Source: Paragordius varius (lineage: Eukaryota; Animalia; Nematomorpha). Taken from it: 64,000 bases of DNA. This document shows, one piece after another, positions 26,463 through 38,609 of the stretch. Where the stretch lies: NCBI GenBank assembly GCA_964247055.1, contig OZ176051.1, positions 9,982,001 through 10,046,000 of the forward strand, read 5' to 3'. The first letter of the stretch is position 1, and each line of letters opens with the position of its first letter. A program made the position numbers and the translations under genes. The notes beneath the pieces were generated by a model that saw only the letters and a list, made by a program, of their open reading frames with translations, did no database searches and had not been told where the DNA came from.

Positions 26463-27028
26463 CATTTGCACTTTAGAGCGTCCTTGAACACTTCAAGTTG
26501 GTCCTTAAACATTTCAAGTTTTTCTTGAACACATCAAGTTGGTCCTTCACTTCAAATTGGTCCTTAAAATTTTTAAATTTTTATTTAACCGTAATTTTTG
26601 CATGTATTTTTTCATTTTATTATTTTTTAACCTAATTCTCTTATTTATTATGTATTGTTTAATTTAAAAAAATTATTCTTTTTTATTTCAAACTTAATTT
26701 GACAAAATTATTAACTCAAAAATGTTTTCAATAAAAAATTTTAAATAATAACCCAGAAAATTTATTTTATTTTTAATTAGGTCTTAAATTCTTTTAAATA
26801 TTTTAAATAATTTTATTAAATTCAATATACGGTTTCTCAATGATTAAAAGTTGATATTGATTTAAAATTATGTTAAATAATAGAAAATACATAAAAAACG
26901 ATAAAATAGATGGCTGATATACAAAAATTAAAAAATTTAAGCTCCAACTAAAATTGTTCAAGGACTAATTTAAAAAGTTCACATGGACCAATTTGAAGTG
27001 TTCAAGGACACTCTTGAAATCCAAATGG
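26463..27028. mobile_element. MITE family B (TA-flanked)
   Basis: TA|CATTTGCACTTTAGAGCGTCCTTGAAC...GTTCAAGGACACTCTTGAAATCCAAATGG|TA, with several 21-bp units per TIR. Confidence 0.85.
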
Positions 27029-30000
27029 TATATATACTTTTTACAGTTTTTATTGTACAATGGAAAAAGGTGGGCTTATTTTTCTTTTAGAACATTACTG
27101 CCCTAAAATGACGATGAAAAAATTTTTGATCTGTCTGAATTAATATTCTGTTCCCCTAGTTTGAATCTTATTTTATCTGTAATCTATATATAATAAAACT
27201 TTAGATTTTTCTGTCCTTACAATCCCCATATATTAATTAAAACCTAATTATTTCACATTTTGCCTTTATGAAAAATTGAAAATTACATATCAAACTTAAT
27301 ATATATTTAAATGCAATTCACCGAGGCTACTTTTACACAAATCTGATCCATATTTAAAAAATATACAATATTTAATTTTATTTGTTACTATATTCACTAA
27401 CTTAAGGCAAAATTAATTATTTTGTTCAAAATTGTGAAAACCATTACCAAGTATCTCATTTTAAACTGGCAAAATTATGATGAAAAAGTAAAACAAATCT
27501 TAAAAAAGCATTGTTATTTTATATCTAATTCGGCAATTGGAACCAACATATTTTTAATGATTTAGTTACATATTTTACTGATGCTACAGTTGTAAAAGAA
27601 ACTAAAGCTTTCTCCATTTAATGATTAATATTATAGTGAAAATATTTAATTAATTCATTAAGCTAACATATATTATATATACCATTTTCAGTGTAACCAA
27701 CATTCTTTAAACGCAACATTATTTTCATTTAAAAGAAACATATTTTATTTAAACGCAGCTTTTTAGCAGTCGCAAATTTAACAGTTTTATTGAAAAAGGT
27801 TGCGCATGGACGGATAATGTTGTCTCTGTGCTTATAAAGTTAAGTTTATTTGAAATTAAAATGCTTTTGACATTAGTATATTTTCACAAAAATAATAATG
27901 ACAGGACAAAAAAATGACCCCTTTTCAAGCAAATTCAATTTACCGAATTAATACTAGGATAAATTTTCCTTTAATTCATTTACCTTGACTGCTTTAAATG
28001 TATTTAAACATAAAAATCTTAGTCTATTTTTTAATTTATTTTTTGTAGTCCCTTATAATTAAATATTTTTATATTTTTAATTACAACCACCTCATATCTG
28101 AAACTTTACCAAGATTAGTAAATAATGATTAAAAAATATTTTGTTGAAAGTTTAAATAAACGTGTTGAAGATTATATTGTGTGTTTGGTAAAAAAATATT
28201 TTTAGTCTTAGTTTTGGGGTAGTTTTATATCCCAGAGCTAAATTTTATTGTTACAGTTTTTGAAAGTTATTTTAGTTAAAATTAATTTCAAATATTGTTC
28301 GCATGTATTAGATTACGAAGCTTATTTACAGTTTTGTGACTTCTAGAGAATTGGGATACCTGAAACCCGATACAACTGTCTTAAAAATATATGATGAGAA
28401 TTGTTTTATAATTATACATTTTTGTAGAAAAATGTTTTATATAGGGCGCCTAACAGGCTTAAAGCATATTTTTAAATAGGGTATAATACTAATGTGACCA
28501 TATATTTTGAACTTTACGCAGTACTTTACATGTTATTAACCATCGGTGTGGTCGTATATCACACAGTTTCCACAAAAAAATACCCAGATCAAGTATATAT
28601 ATATAGGAAAATATCAGGATTTATGGTGGTCTTGGTTCTAACCTTTACGAGTTATTAAAGAAAGTTAATTACACTTTTGTGGTAAGTGCTCCGCATAAAA
28701 GTGCAAAGGGCGCAATTTTTTCAGTGCTTTATTACAAAAAATATCACTAAAATATATAAACTACATTAAAAAGCAAAACAATATTTTTAAAAATTTTAAA
28801 TTATTAGATGTGGGCTCTGAAAGTCCTAAATTTTTTGGCTCTTTTAAAATGGACTGTAAAATAAACACAAAAATTCCGACATTGTGCAAAATTTATATAT
28901 ACTTAGTTTTGATATCAATTAAATATATTTTAAAAAAATGTATGCTTTTAAAAATTTAATTTTTAGCAAAATTTTGTTGAAGCATACTCATATTATTTTC
29001 AGCATGATGGAAACGATATAAACGGTTGAGATGTTATTTGAAATTTATGTTAAATAAAATTGTAATTTTTACAAAATTCACCAAAATTTGCAAGAAACAA
29101 ACCTTTGAATTAAAATTCTTAACCTATAGTAATGTGTAACATCATTGTATTTAGAAAAAGGGTTTTATTATATCTTAAAGCTTTATACCTTTTTCATATT
29201 GATTCAAAATAGTTTGTAGTACGCTTCAACTAAATATCTCAAATTTGTTTGTGCAAAAAAATAAGAAAACTAATAAAATTAAAGTTTAAAAAAAATTAAA
29301 AAATAATATACCTCCCGCCTAGTATAGAAAACGTAAAAAACTCTTAATTTTTTATTGCGAATAATTCGAAATCATTGCCAAATATATAATAAATTCTAAA
29401 TAAATCTTTACGGGAATAACAATTTTTACAATTTTCCGTACAATAATTATAACAAAAAATGAACTTTCTAAACCTGGTCAAACATTTATTAAAATATCAT
29501 AAATTAATTTTATTTATTTTAAATTTTGAGGCACCTCTTTTTGCGGAAGCCCTGAGTGAAAGAGCCATTAGCCTAAATCTAACGGTGTGAAGTCCGAGCT
29601 TATAGTTTCGCCACTGCGCGAAAAGCTGAAATCCCAAGTTTTATGTATAATTCGAACAGAAAATAAAATATCAACCAATTAAAAATAGGCTAATCTTAGT
29701 TTTTTACCGCAAAATAAACCATTTTTTTTATAAATTATGGGGTTATTTTTACAGAGGGTATTATATTAAATTCTAAAATAATTTTTTAAAAAACAAAAGG
29801 TAATTAAAATATATTCAAAAAAATTATTTTTTTTTTAATTTTAAAAAGCAGTACAAAAGTGGGCGCAGTACAGTCGCAGTTTTTTTCTGAAATCCCAGCA
29901 CTGTACTACGAAAAACAGCCTATCTGGTCACATTATATAATACCTTGAATTTAGAATAACCATTTAAAATAGTTCTCGGATATTAAACTACCCAATAAGG

Positions 30001-30076
30001 TATAGGGTATATAAAAAATTTATAAAATTTGATAGAAAATGAAAGTTCAAATATTTTTTAGATAATACCACTAATT

Positions 30077-30138
30077 GGGGTGCAAAGTCCGACTCCCACC
30101 TCCGCGTGGTGCACCCTGGTTAATACCAGCGGGAGCGG
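30077..30138 (+). ncRNA. HDV-like ribozyme at the LINE 5' end (J4/2 variant CCAG)
   Basis: P1 30077-83/30111-17, P2 30089-97/30131-38 (A30092 bulged), P3 ACC/GGU, L3 UCCGCGU, P1.1 G30118-G30119 with C30102-C30103, putative catalytic C30126. G1 abuts the TSD. Confidence 0.88.
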
Positions 30139-30416
30139 CAAAGGAAAGAAATCATCTGTGTGGGGTGTGGTGGAAAAAATAAACTACCATTATTTTTTCC
30201 TATAAAATACCACAATACCTGCATTCACACAGATGATAAAGCGGGTTTATCTGGCGCTATAACCAGTTGCTAGAAACAACCAATTCTAATAAATGTAAGC
30301 GGGGATGGAACTCCGTAAGCCCAGAAAGGCAATTCCATAGGTCAGGGACACCGAAATAGTCTCTTGATTTGCAAAGGCATGCAAATTGTAAAACAATCGC
30401 CTTAATCATACCGTAT

Positions 30417-33400
30417 ATGAAAATAATGAATGAATTGACAACACTTTTAAACAATGATATATATTTTAAAAATGATAATATTAATCTTACAAATAATTTT
30501 ATTAATGATATTAATATATGTGATAATCTTAATTTTGATAATAATATTAATTTACATGATAACAATATTAATGCTCTCCTAAAAAACCACAAACATCAAA
30601 AAACACCCAACAATATGGTAAAACCACTTAAGATCGGCACTTGGAATATCTCGACGCTAGTCGGTAGATCAAACTTAGTTATCGACCAAATAAAAGAGAA
30701 AAACATTGACATCTGTTGCCTCCAGGAAACAAGATATAAATCTGAGGGAAAGCTGAATATAGACAACTATACAATTTTCTACAAAGGTCAAATGAAAGGC
30801 CAACATGGAGTGGCTATAGCTATTAAAAATGAATATTGTGATAATATAATAGAAGTAAACAGACACAACGAAAGAATTATCCAAATACGTATCGGCTTTA
30901 AAAAACAAATTCTTAACATACTTTCCATCTATGCTCCCCAGTCTGGATTAAGCGAAGCAACCAAACAAGCCTTTTGGAACCAAGTATACGACATTTCCCA
31001 TGCAATACCTCCAAATGGCGAAATTTTTATAGGTGGAGATTTCAATTCCCACGTTGGCACTAATGGTGAAGACTATATGAGAATACATGGAGGAAACGCT
31101 TTTGGCAGCCGTAACAAAGAAGGTGATACATTATTAGAATACTGCGCATCTCTTAGACTTACTATCTGCAATACCCTCTTCACGAAACCAGCAAAGAAAT
31201 TAATAACTTATACAAGTGGTAATCAAAATTCTATGGTAGACTACATTTTAACACTCATTCAAGATAGAAAATTCATTAAAGACTCTAAAACATACCTTAC
31301 TGACACGCAACATAAATTAATTGTAGCTATAATAACAATAAACAAATCCTATTACCATAGTAACCAGAAACCTAAAATAAACTTAGAAAAATTACACCTT
31401 CCTGATCTTAAACTTCAACTCTCAGAAACTGTCAATGCATCGCTTAGCCTCAACCACAAAACATCTGAACAAGCTTGGGATAATTTTAAAAACAGCATCA
31501 TCCCAAATGTGCTTATTTGCTGTGGCAGAAAGAAAATATACAGGAAAAAACAACAATCAAATTTGTGGTGGTCAGAATCCATAAAACCTTTAATTAAAAT
31601 TAAACGCAATAACTATAAAAGATGGAAACAAACAAAAGATAAAAGAGACTTGGAATCATATATCAAATCAAATAAAAATTTACAACAAGCCATCAATATT
31701 TCAGCCAACAAAAAAGCTTTGGATTTAGCTAAAAAATTATAACAAGACATGAAAAATCTTAAAATTTTTCGAACAATAAATTCAGTTAACAATAATAAAA
31801 AGGACATTAAACAAATTTCCTATATTAAAGATAAAGATCAACAACTAGTAACTGAGTGGAGTGACATAAGCAATGTCTGGACAACGTATTACAAAGAACA
31901 ATTTGCACAAAAACATGATTTTGAAACAATAAACCAACCACCAGCAATTGGTCCTCGACCACTGATAACAACAGACGATGTAAGAGAAGCCTTGGCCAAG
32001 ATGAAAAATAACAAAGCTACAGGTCCATCTGAACTCAGCTGTGACATGATCAAAGCTTTACCACAATGCATTATACATTTAACTAACATATTCAATCTAA
32101 TCTTATCAACAAATCGCATCCCTAATGATTGGTCAAAAAGCACCATCATACCCATTTATAAAAACAAAGGAGACATACTCGTTTGCTCCTCCTACAGACC
32201 ACTAAAGTTATTGGAACACCCGTTAAAAATTTTTGAATCCATTATTGAATCAAAACTAAGATCAATCGTTAGTATACAGGAAAATATGCCTATAAACCAA
32301 ACAGTAGCACAATTGATGCAATCTTCATTTTGAGAAGATTGCAAGAGAACTATTTAGCGAAAAATAAAAAACTATATCATGTTTTTATTGATTTACAAAG
32401 GGCCTTTGATTGTATCCCCAGGAAGTTGATCACATCCACACTACGAGCCAATAATGTAGATGATTGGATAATTAAATCAATAGAAATGATGTACTACAAA
32501 ACAACAAACTGCGTCAGATTAACAATAGGTAACACAGCTTTTGTTCCAAACGAATCTGGTCTTCATCAAGGCTCCATCCTAAGCCCTCTACTCTTCATTT
32601 TAATAATGGATTACCTAACAAAAGATATAAAACAAGGCCCACCATGGGAACTTATCTATGCGGACGACATTGTCCTCACCGCAACATCAATGGAAGCATT
32701 AAATCAAAAGTACAACACATGGAAATCACACTTAGAATAGGGTGGAATGAATATAAATATAAGCAAAACAAAGGTAATGATAACGGGTGAAACTGTATAT
32801 GAACGACCTAAGTTTCCATGTGGAGTATGTGATTTAAATGTTAAACTCAATTCAATCCTATGTACATCATGCAATAAGTGGGTACACAAAAAGTGCTCGC
32901 TTATAAAAGGGAAACTAATCAATAATGACAAATTTATATGTGAATCATGTAAAAAAAAACAATAAATCACTCATCCACTTCCCTAAATTACGTTTATATG
33001 GCAGACACCAAAATCGAATTGGTGAATAATTTCAAATACCTGGGTGATGTCATACATTGCCTAGGTGGAATAAACCAATCAGTTAAATATAGATCCCAAC
33101 AGGCTTGGGTAAAATATCATCAACTTAAATTTGTCCTCAAAAATAAACACATATCAGCAAAAAACAAAGGTTTGATTTACAAAGCCGGCATACGTCCCAT
33201 ACTCCTGTATGGTTGCGAAACGTTGCCGATGACAGATTCAATCGAGAAAAAACTAATGAACTTAGAAAAACGGATACTAAATTTATTCCAACCCAATAAG
33301 TCAAATTCAAATTTACATCAACTCTACCAAATTGAACCTTTAAATGTCATGCTCAGAAAAAATAGGCTCAGATATTTCGGACACATCAAACGTGCTCCAG

Positions 33401-33576
33401 AACAATGGACAAATAAAATTTTATCCCTACATCCCGAAGGTAACAATCGCAGGGGCAGACCAACATTCAACTGGGAAAAAACAATAAATAATGATTTAAG
33501 TGTTGCCAACATTGATGATAACGCCTGGCAGGATCGCAAATATTACAGACAGCTTCTATACGGATACAATGGCTAG
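30417..33576 (+). pseudogene. LINE APE endonuclease-reverse transcriptase ORF with an inserted PHD finger; four disruptions
   Basis: APE motifs GTWN, CLQET, YAP, GDFN, VDYI. RT motifs FIDLQRAFD, GLHQGSILSPLLF, YADD, KTKVM, FKYLG. C-terminal YFGHIKR and RRGRP. In-frame stops at 31740-42 and 32738-40; frameshifts near 32286 and in the A9 run at 32951-32959. Confidence 0.93.
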
Positions 33577-33662
33577 CCATTACACAAAGACGATACAACA
33601 ACATAATACCACTAATTGTCCCATATAACTTTTCATGTGGACTCAGCTCCAAAAGTTAACAT

Positions 33663-34798
33663 ATGTTAGATTTTTTCAATGCTCTAAATACAGTAGAAAA
33701 CACTGACATTGCCAACGATTCGGATGCTTATCCAGAACATATAGCTAATGTTATAGAATTAGTTGGATATGCAAGTATCAAAACTAATTCATGTCTTAAG
33801 GGATGCAAATGGTAATTATTTGTAAATTATTTAAAGGTCGCCTGATGGGTCCATTTTAATGGTTGTTAGCTTTCAGACCATATATCTATATAATGTACCT
33901 CATTCATTTTGGAAAAATGATTATACTTTTATTGAGCTGGTTGATATTTTTATTTATATTAGATGTGTGTTAAAACTATAAAAACAGCAGATTCTTTGTT
34001 TGATTTTTGTTGGTTATCAACCATGGATTCATGGAAACAAGAAACTTGTTTGTATATACTTTATATCCATTTTAGGTTTGCCGTTACGTGTAGGGATAGT
34101 CCAATACATTTAATAAGCGCATCTGATTCCTCTATAATAAATAATTACAAAGCCTATAATCAAACGGTATAAATATATTATTTTTGTCACCAAACCGTAT
34201 TATATATCATATATTATACGATTTTATTTAAAATACATTATAATTTATTTATGGTTATAAATTATAATAAAAATGTCATTAACATAAAATGGTATGTTGA
34301 AAATCGATTTTATTTAACATTTATATTTAAACTTATTTTGATAAAATCTTTGCAATATTGTATTATATGAATATTTTTAAATAATATTATAATAGATGCG
34401 GCACATTATTATTTTTTCTTTACTTTGTTGATTATTTTTAAGTATTTTTTGCTAGGATGAATTGCAAACAAGCTGTGGATTGGCTTTTACTTTAGACGGA
34501 ACGACACTCATAGCCGGATATAATAAAATGATTCGGTTTTTTGATGTGGAAAATCAATTTAGTTTATATGAAGAAATATCCACACATAGTAAGCATTAAT
34601 TTTTTTAAGTTTAAATAGGGGAAATGGCGTGAAATATTATGTCAATGTCATTCAAAATTTTCTCACTACTTCCTTTTTAACCAAATAACATACAGTGAAT
34701 TATACGGACAAAACGTAAAAATATAATTACAAATATTTCTCTAATTTTAAATTTTCATTTTTTGGATTTAATTCTTTATTTAATATTACAAAGTCTGG

Positions 34799-34836
<38 letters not shown>

Positions 34837-36352
34837 TTAGTAAAACAATCATTTTGAATTTTACCATCGTAATAGAGTAAGGTGTGAAAAGTATGGTTGT
34901 CTTTTGAAAAAAATATTTGTCTCTATTTATTTGTTTTGTCCGTATATAATTTTAATATTTACTGTGATTAATAATAATATATTTAGCGCATATTTTTTTT
35001 TATATAATAAGTTTAAAATATAAAAAAGCGGGGTACTACTAAAATCAATAAAATTCTTTGCTTGATAATCCGATTTTTATGTAAAAATATAAACACTTTA
35101 ACAGATAAAAATGCATTATTTTAATTATTCATAAATCATAAAATAATTGGCAATTTTTTAAATATTTCGTTAGCTATATTTAAAATAAATTCGTCGCCAT
35201 CATCAATATATGGGAACTTGATTGATTTCCAATAATTTTCTTTTATTAGAGGCATAAATAAATCTTAATCATTTAGTTCTTGTTTGACTGGGGAAAAAAT
35301 TTGTTTTGATTTGAACACTTTTAATTTAATTCAAATTATTATCGTTGCAGATTTACAATGCATTAAACTAATACTCTAACAAATTGTTTGTTTGATTATT
35401 ATTTATAATTTACAAATGTATTATATAATCCGATTTCTTATTAAAATTTTAATAACTATTCTATCATATTTTATACCTATATAACTGTAAAAAATGATGT
35501 TTAGGCTTATTTACTAATTAAAAATTATCTTATCACATAAAAATTAAATTTTCTCAAATAAGTCGATTTAAAATAAAAAAAAATAATTTTTTATCAACTT
35601 TTTTGTTAGGTGTTTTATAAATTAATCATCTTGAGTGCGCATTTAAAAACAAATTATATGTTTTTTTTAGATAAACTGTTTGCTTCAAAGGGTCAACACG
35701 GCATGATATCCTGTTTTGCTCAGTGTGCTAGTGTTCCTAATTTATTTGCCGCGGGATCCTATACAAATTCAAGTATATCACTAATAAAAGGGATTAATTT
35801 TTAAAAAGTTTTTGTTAAACACCTAACATTTATATAGCTTAATTGCTTGCTTGAAAACTTTTTTGGAGAATTTTCTACAATTCTTCCCTCACATAACGGG
35901 TGTTTTTTATAACAGTAGTCAACAAAGTACTTTTAATTTAAAATTATTATTTTCCAAATATCTGTAAAACATAATTGTCTTTTATTTAATAAATGTTATA
36001 TTTGATTAGATTTTACTCAAAATTTAACTTTGAACAAGTCGCATAATATTCAATCGGGTTCTTTAGAATTTTTTAATATATCATTTTTACTACCAACCTC
36101 AACTTTCAACACTTTAATTATTTCAAAACCAATATCTTTAAAGCATTTTAATGTTATCATTTATTATCACAATCTTGATTATATTTTTTTGATATTATTG
36201 CAAAAAATAAAAATAAAAATTAATTAAAATCTAATCACATGCTTTTTAAACTTCCAAAATGCCTATTTTTTGAGTTTAAGTGTAATTGGAAAAATGTTGA
36301 TATTGATTGGAAACATGTGAGTTTTTTTGAAAAAGGGTTGGCTTAGAATGGA

Positions 36353-36388
<36 letters not shown>

Positions 36389-37944
36389 AAATATAGTCGG
36401 AATTTATGCTCGACCTGATAACAATATGGTCACTCTTTTACACGGATCCATGGGAGGCATAACACATTTATCCTTTAGCCATGATGGTTCTAAACTATTT
36501 TCAGGCGGTAGAAAGGTTTAGTTTTACAAATTTTTATTTCAGTAAAATCTCGTTTAACAAAATATATTTATTTTTGCTAATAAAACATCATTTTTGATAT
36601 CAAATTTTTTCTAAAATAATGTATAATATTTGTTATGACATATATGGTTGAAATTATGTAAATTATTTTTAGGGTTTTATTTTTTTATACCTGTAATTTT
36701 TAGTTTATCAATATCTCAAATAATGTTATACAAACACAACTTTGAATTCTTGGTGTTTTAGGATGACTTCATTACTTGTTGGGATTTACGTAATATGGGG
36801 AAAGTTTATGACTCTTATCATCGTCCGGTTAACACTAATCAACGTATCTATTTCGACATTTATCCTAGTCCAAATTTCATTTATGAAACAAATGACCTCA
36901 AAAGTTTTTATTTTTTATTACAAACAAAATGAATTTACTTTCTTAACATGTTTGAAACCTATATTAACCTATGTTTATTAGCAAATTTTTTGGTAAGTGG
37001 TCAAATGAATGGTGAAATAACATTTTGGAATTTGAGAGATGGAAAATCGCAAAATTTGCATTCATCAAGCCAAAATGATTTAGACACCAATAACACAGCG
37101 ACACATCAATATATGGCTCATAAAGATTGTGTAAATGGAATAAGGTTTATTTAATATTATACATAAGTAAATGCCAATTTATTTTTAAGTAATTAATAGA
37201 CTACTACTTAAATATTATATATATTTCGTTTTAACTTACTTATCAGTTAGACCTGTTAATTTTGAGTATATACAAGTGTTTTAATTTACCTTAACAATAT
37301 AAAGATTAAAAATATACGGAGAGTTGATTTTAGAGTTCACATTAGTTTTCGTTTTTACAGATGCGTACAATTTATTCATTATTATTGTATTAAAATCTTC
37401 ACCCTAAAATTATAAAATCTCAATCATTATATTCCTAATATTCGCCATAAAAATGCAAAAATACATTTTTGTTCTGAAACTTTAAACGAAAGAGGTATTA
37501 TATAGAACTAATTCTAATTTTATGGGCCCAAAGTTATATTTATAGTTTGAATTGAATTGATGGTTATTTTTAATTTGGAATACGTTTTAATTTAAAATTG
37601 TTATTTAAATCACCATATTCCTATTTAATTTCATAGCATACATCCTTGTTTACCATTGATTGCAACCAGCAGTGGTCAAAGGCATATAGAATGCCATGCA
37701 TTGCAAAGTATATGATATAGTTTATTCGTTACATTATATTTTATAAAAATTAAATATTCACACAATTTTAAATAATTTATTAATAGAACAAACTATCAAA
37801 GATACAAATGAAAATTCTGATGATGGGTTATCAGACAATGAATTATCATATTTATGCTTAAATTCTCCTTACATTATGCCCGACGAAACTTATTTCAGTG
37901 TAAAAATATGGAAAATATCTCATGAACATTTATTTAAACAGTGA
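33663..37944 (+). CDS. WRAP53: Telomerase Cajal body protein 1 / WDR79 (WD40)
   Basis: Exons 33663-33811 (LKGCKW), 33837-33939 (SPDGS), 33963-34051 (FDFCW), 34076-34166 (RDSPIHL, YKAYN), about 34457-34587 (DEL, GYNKMIRFFD), 35671-35772 (GQHGMISC, AAGSY), 36398-36517 (GGITHLSFSHDGSKLFSGGRK), 36762-36903 (TNQRIYFD), 36981-37144 (HKDCVNG), 37638-37707 (HPCLPLIATSSGQR) and 37788-37944. The start codon is inferred. Confidence 0.95.
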
Positions 37945-38609
37945 TATTATATAAATAAAGAGTTTCATATTTTTTTACTTTTGATAGGTGTGCAAAAATA
38001 TAATATATAGGAATTATTTTATAATCATAAACAGATATTATAGGAAGGAATTTTTTACTAAAGTAAATTGCATAATTTTTAATATGTATGAGCTTTGATA
38101 ACTAAGTGATTAAGGCATGCTTTTAACAAAGTTAAAGCCATAATACCCCTTAACCGTTTTTATATTTTTTATACATAACATGCAAACTAAATGGATAATC
38201 ATTTTGAAAGTGTTTGGTTATTGTAGCTTTAAATTTGGATCGGCATATCTCTGGTAACATAAATTACATTTGTGAAACAAAGGAAATCCAAATATGGATA
38301 TTATTTTTATTGAAATTTATCATTTTTTGGGTATATATATTTTGTTCCTAATACTATGTAAAAAATTATCAAAACAAACTCAGCATAATTTATATTTGTA
38401 GTTTAGCATCATTTGTAATATTGTGTGGTAAGTTTCTGTAGGTATTCCTAATTGTTTTAATAATTTAATTCCATATTTATATTTAAACATCGATTAGTAC
38501 TGATATTCACTCAGCTTTAAATTTAAACAATGAGCTGGTTTAGTATCATTAAATTATAATAAACACTTATCCTTTATTTAAAAAATATAAAAAACCAACG
38601 TACCTGGTT

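Larger units (their letters stand above)
30077..33602 (+). mobile_element. Full-length RTE-clade non-LTR retrotransposon (3.5 kb) with TSD
   Basis: TSD ATAATACCACTAATT(G) at 30062-30076/77 and 33603-33617/18; 3' tail TACAACAAC; single APE-RT polyprotein layout with no ORF1. Confidence 0.97.

Noticed and set aside
27183-27210. Another Helitron 5' end (A|TCTATATATAATAAAAC)
   Set aside because: No matching hairpin plus CTAG|T 3' end was found downstream.
29530-29920. GC-richer patches with a small hairpin (GTACAGT/ACTGTAC) upstream of the LINE/WRAP53 site; checked for tRNA, snoRNA and hammerhead
   Set aside because: No cloverleaf, no box C/D pair with terminal stem, and no CUGANGA/GAAA core with proper stems; may be promoter or TE debris.
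31740-32740. Alternative genetic code (TAA/TAG as sense) suggested by in-frame stops in the LINE and by ciliate-like intron sizes
   Set aside because: Host genes terminate at TAA, TAG and TGA at the expected positions and have no internal in-frame stops.
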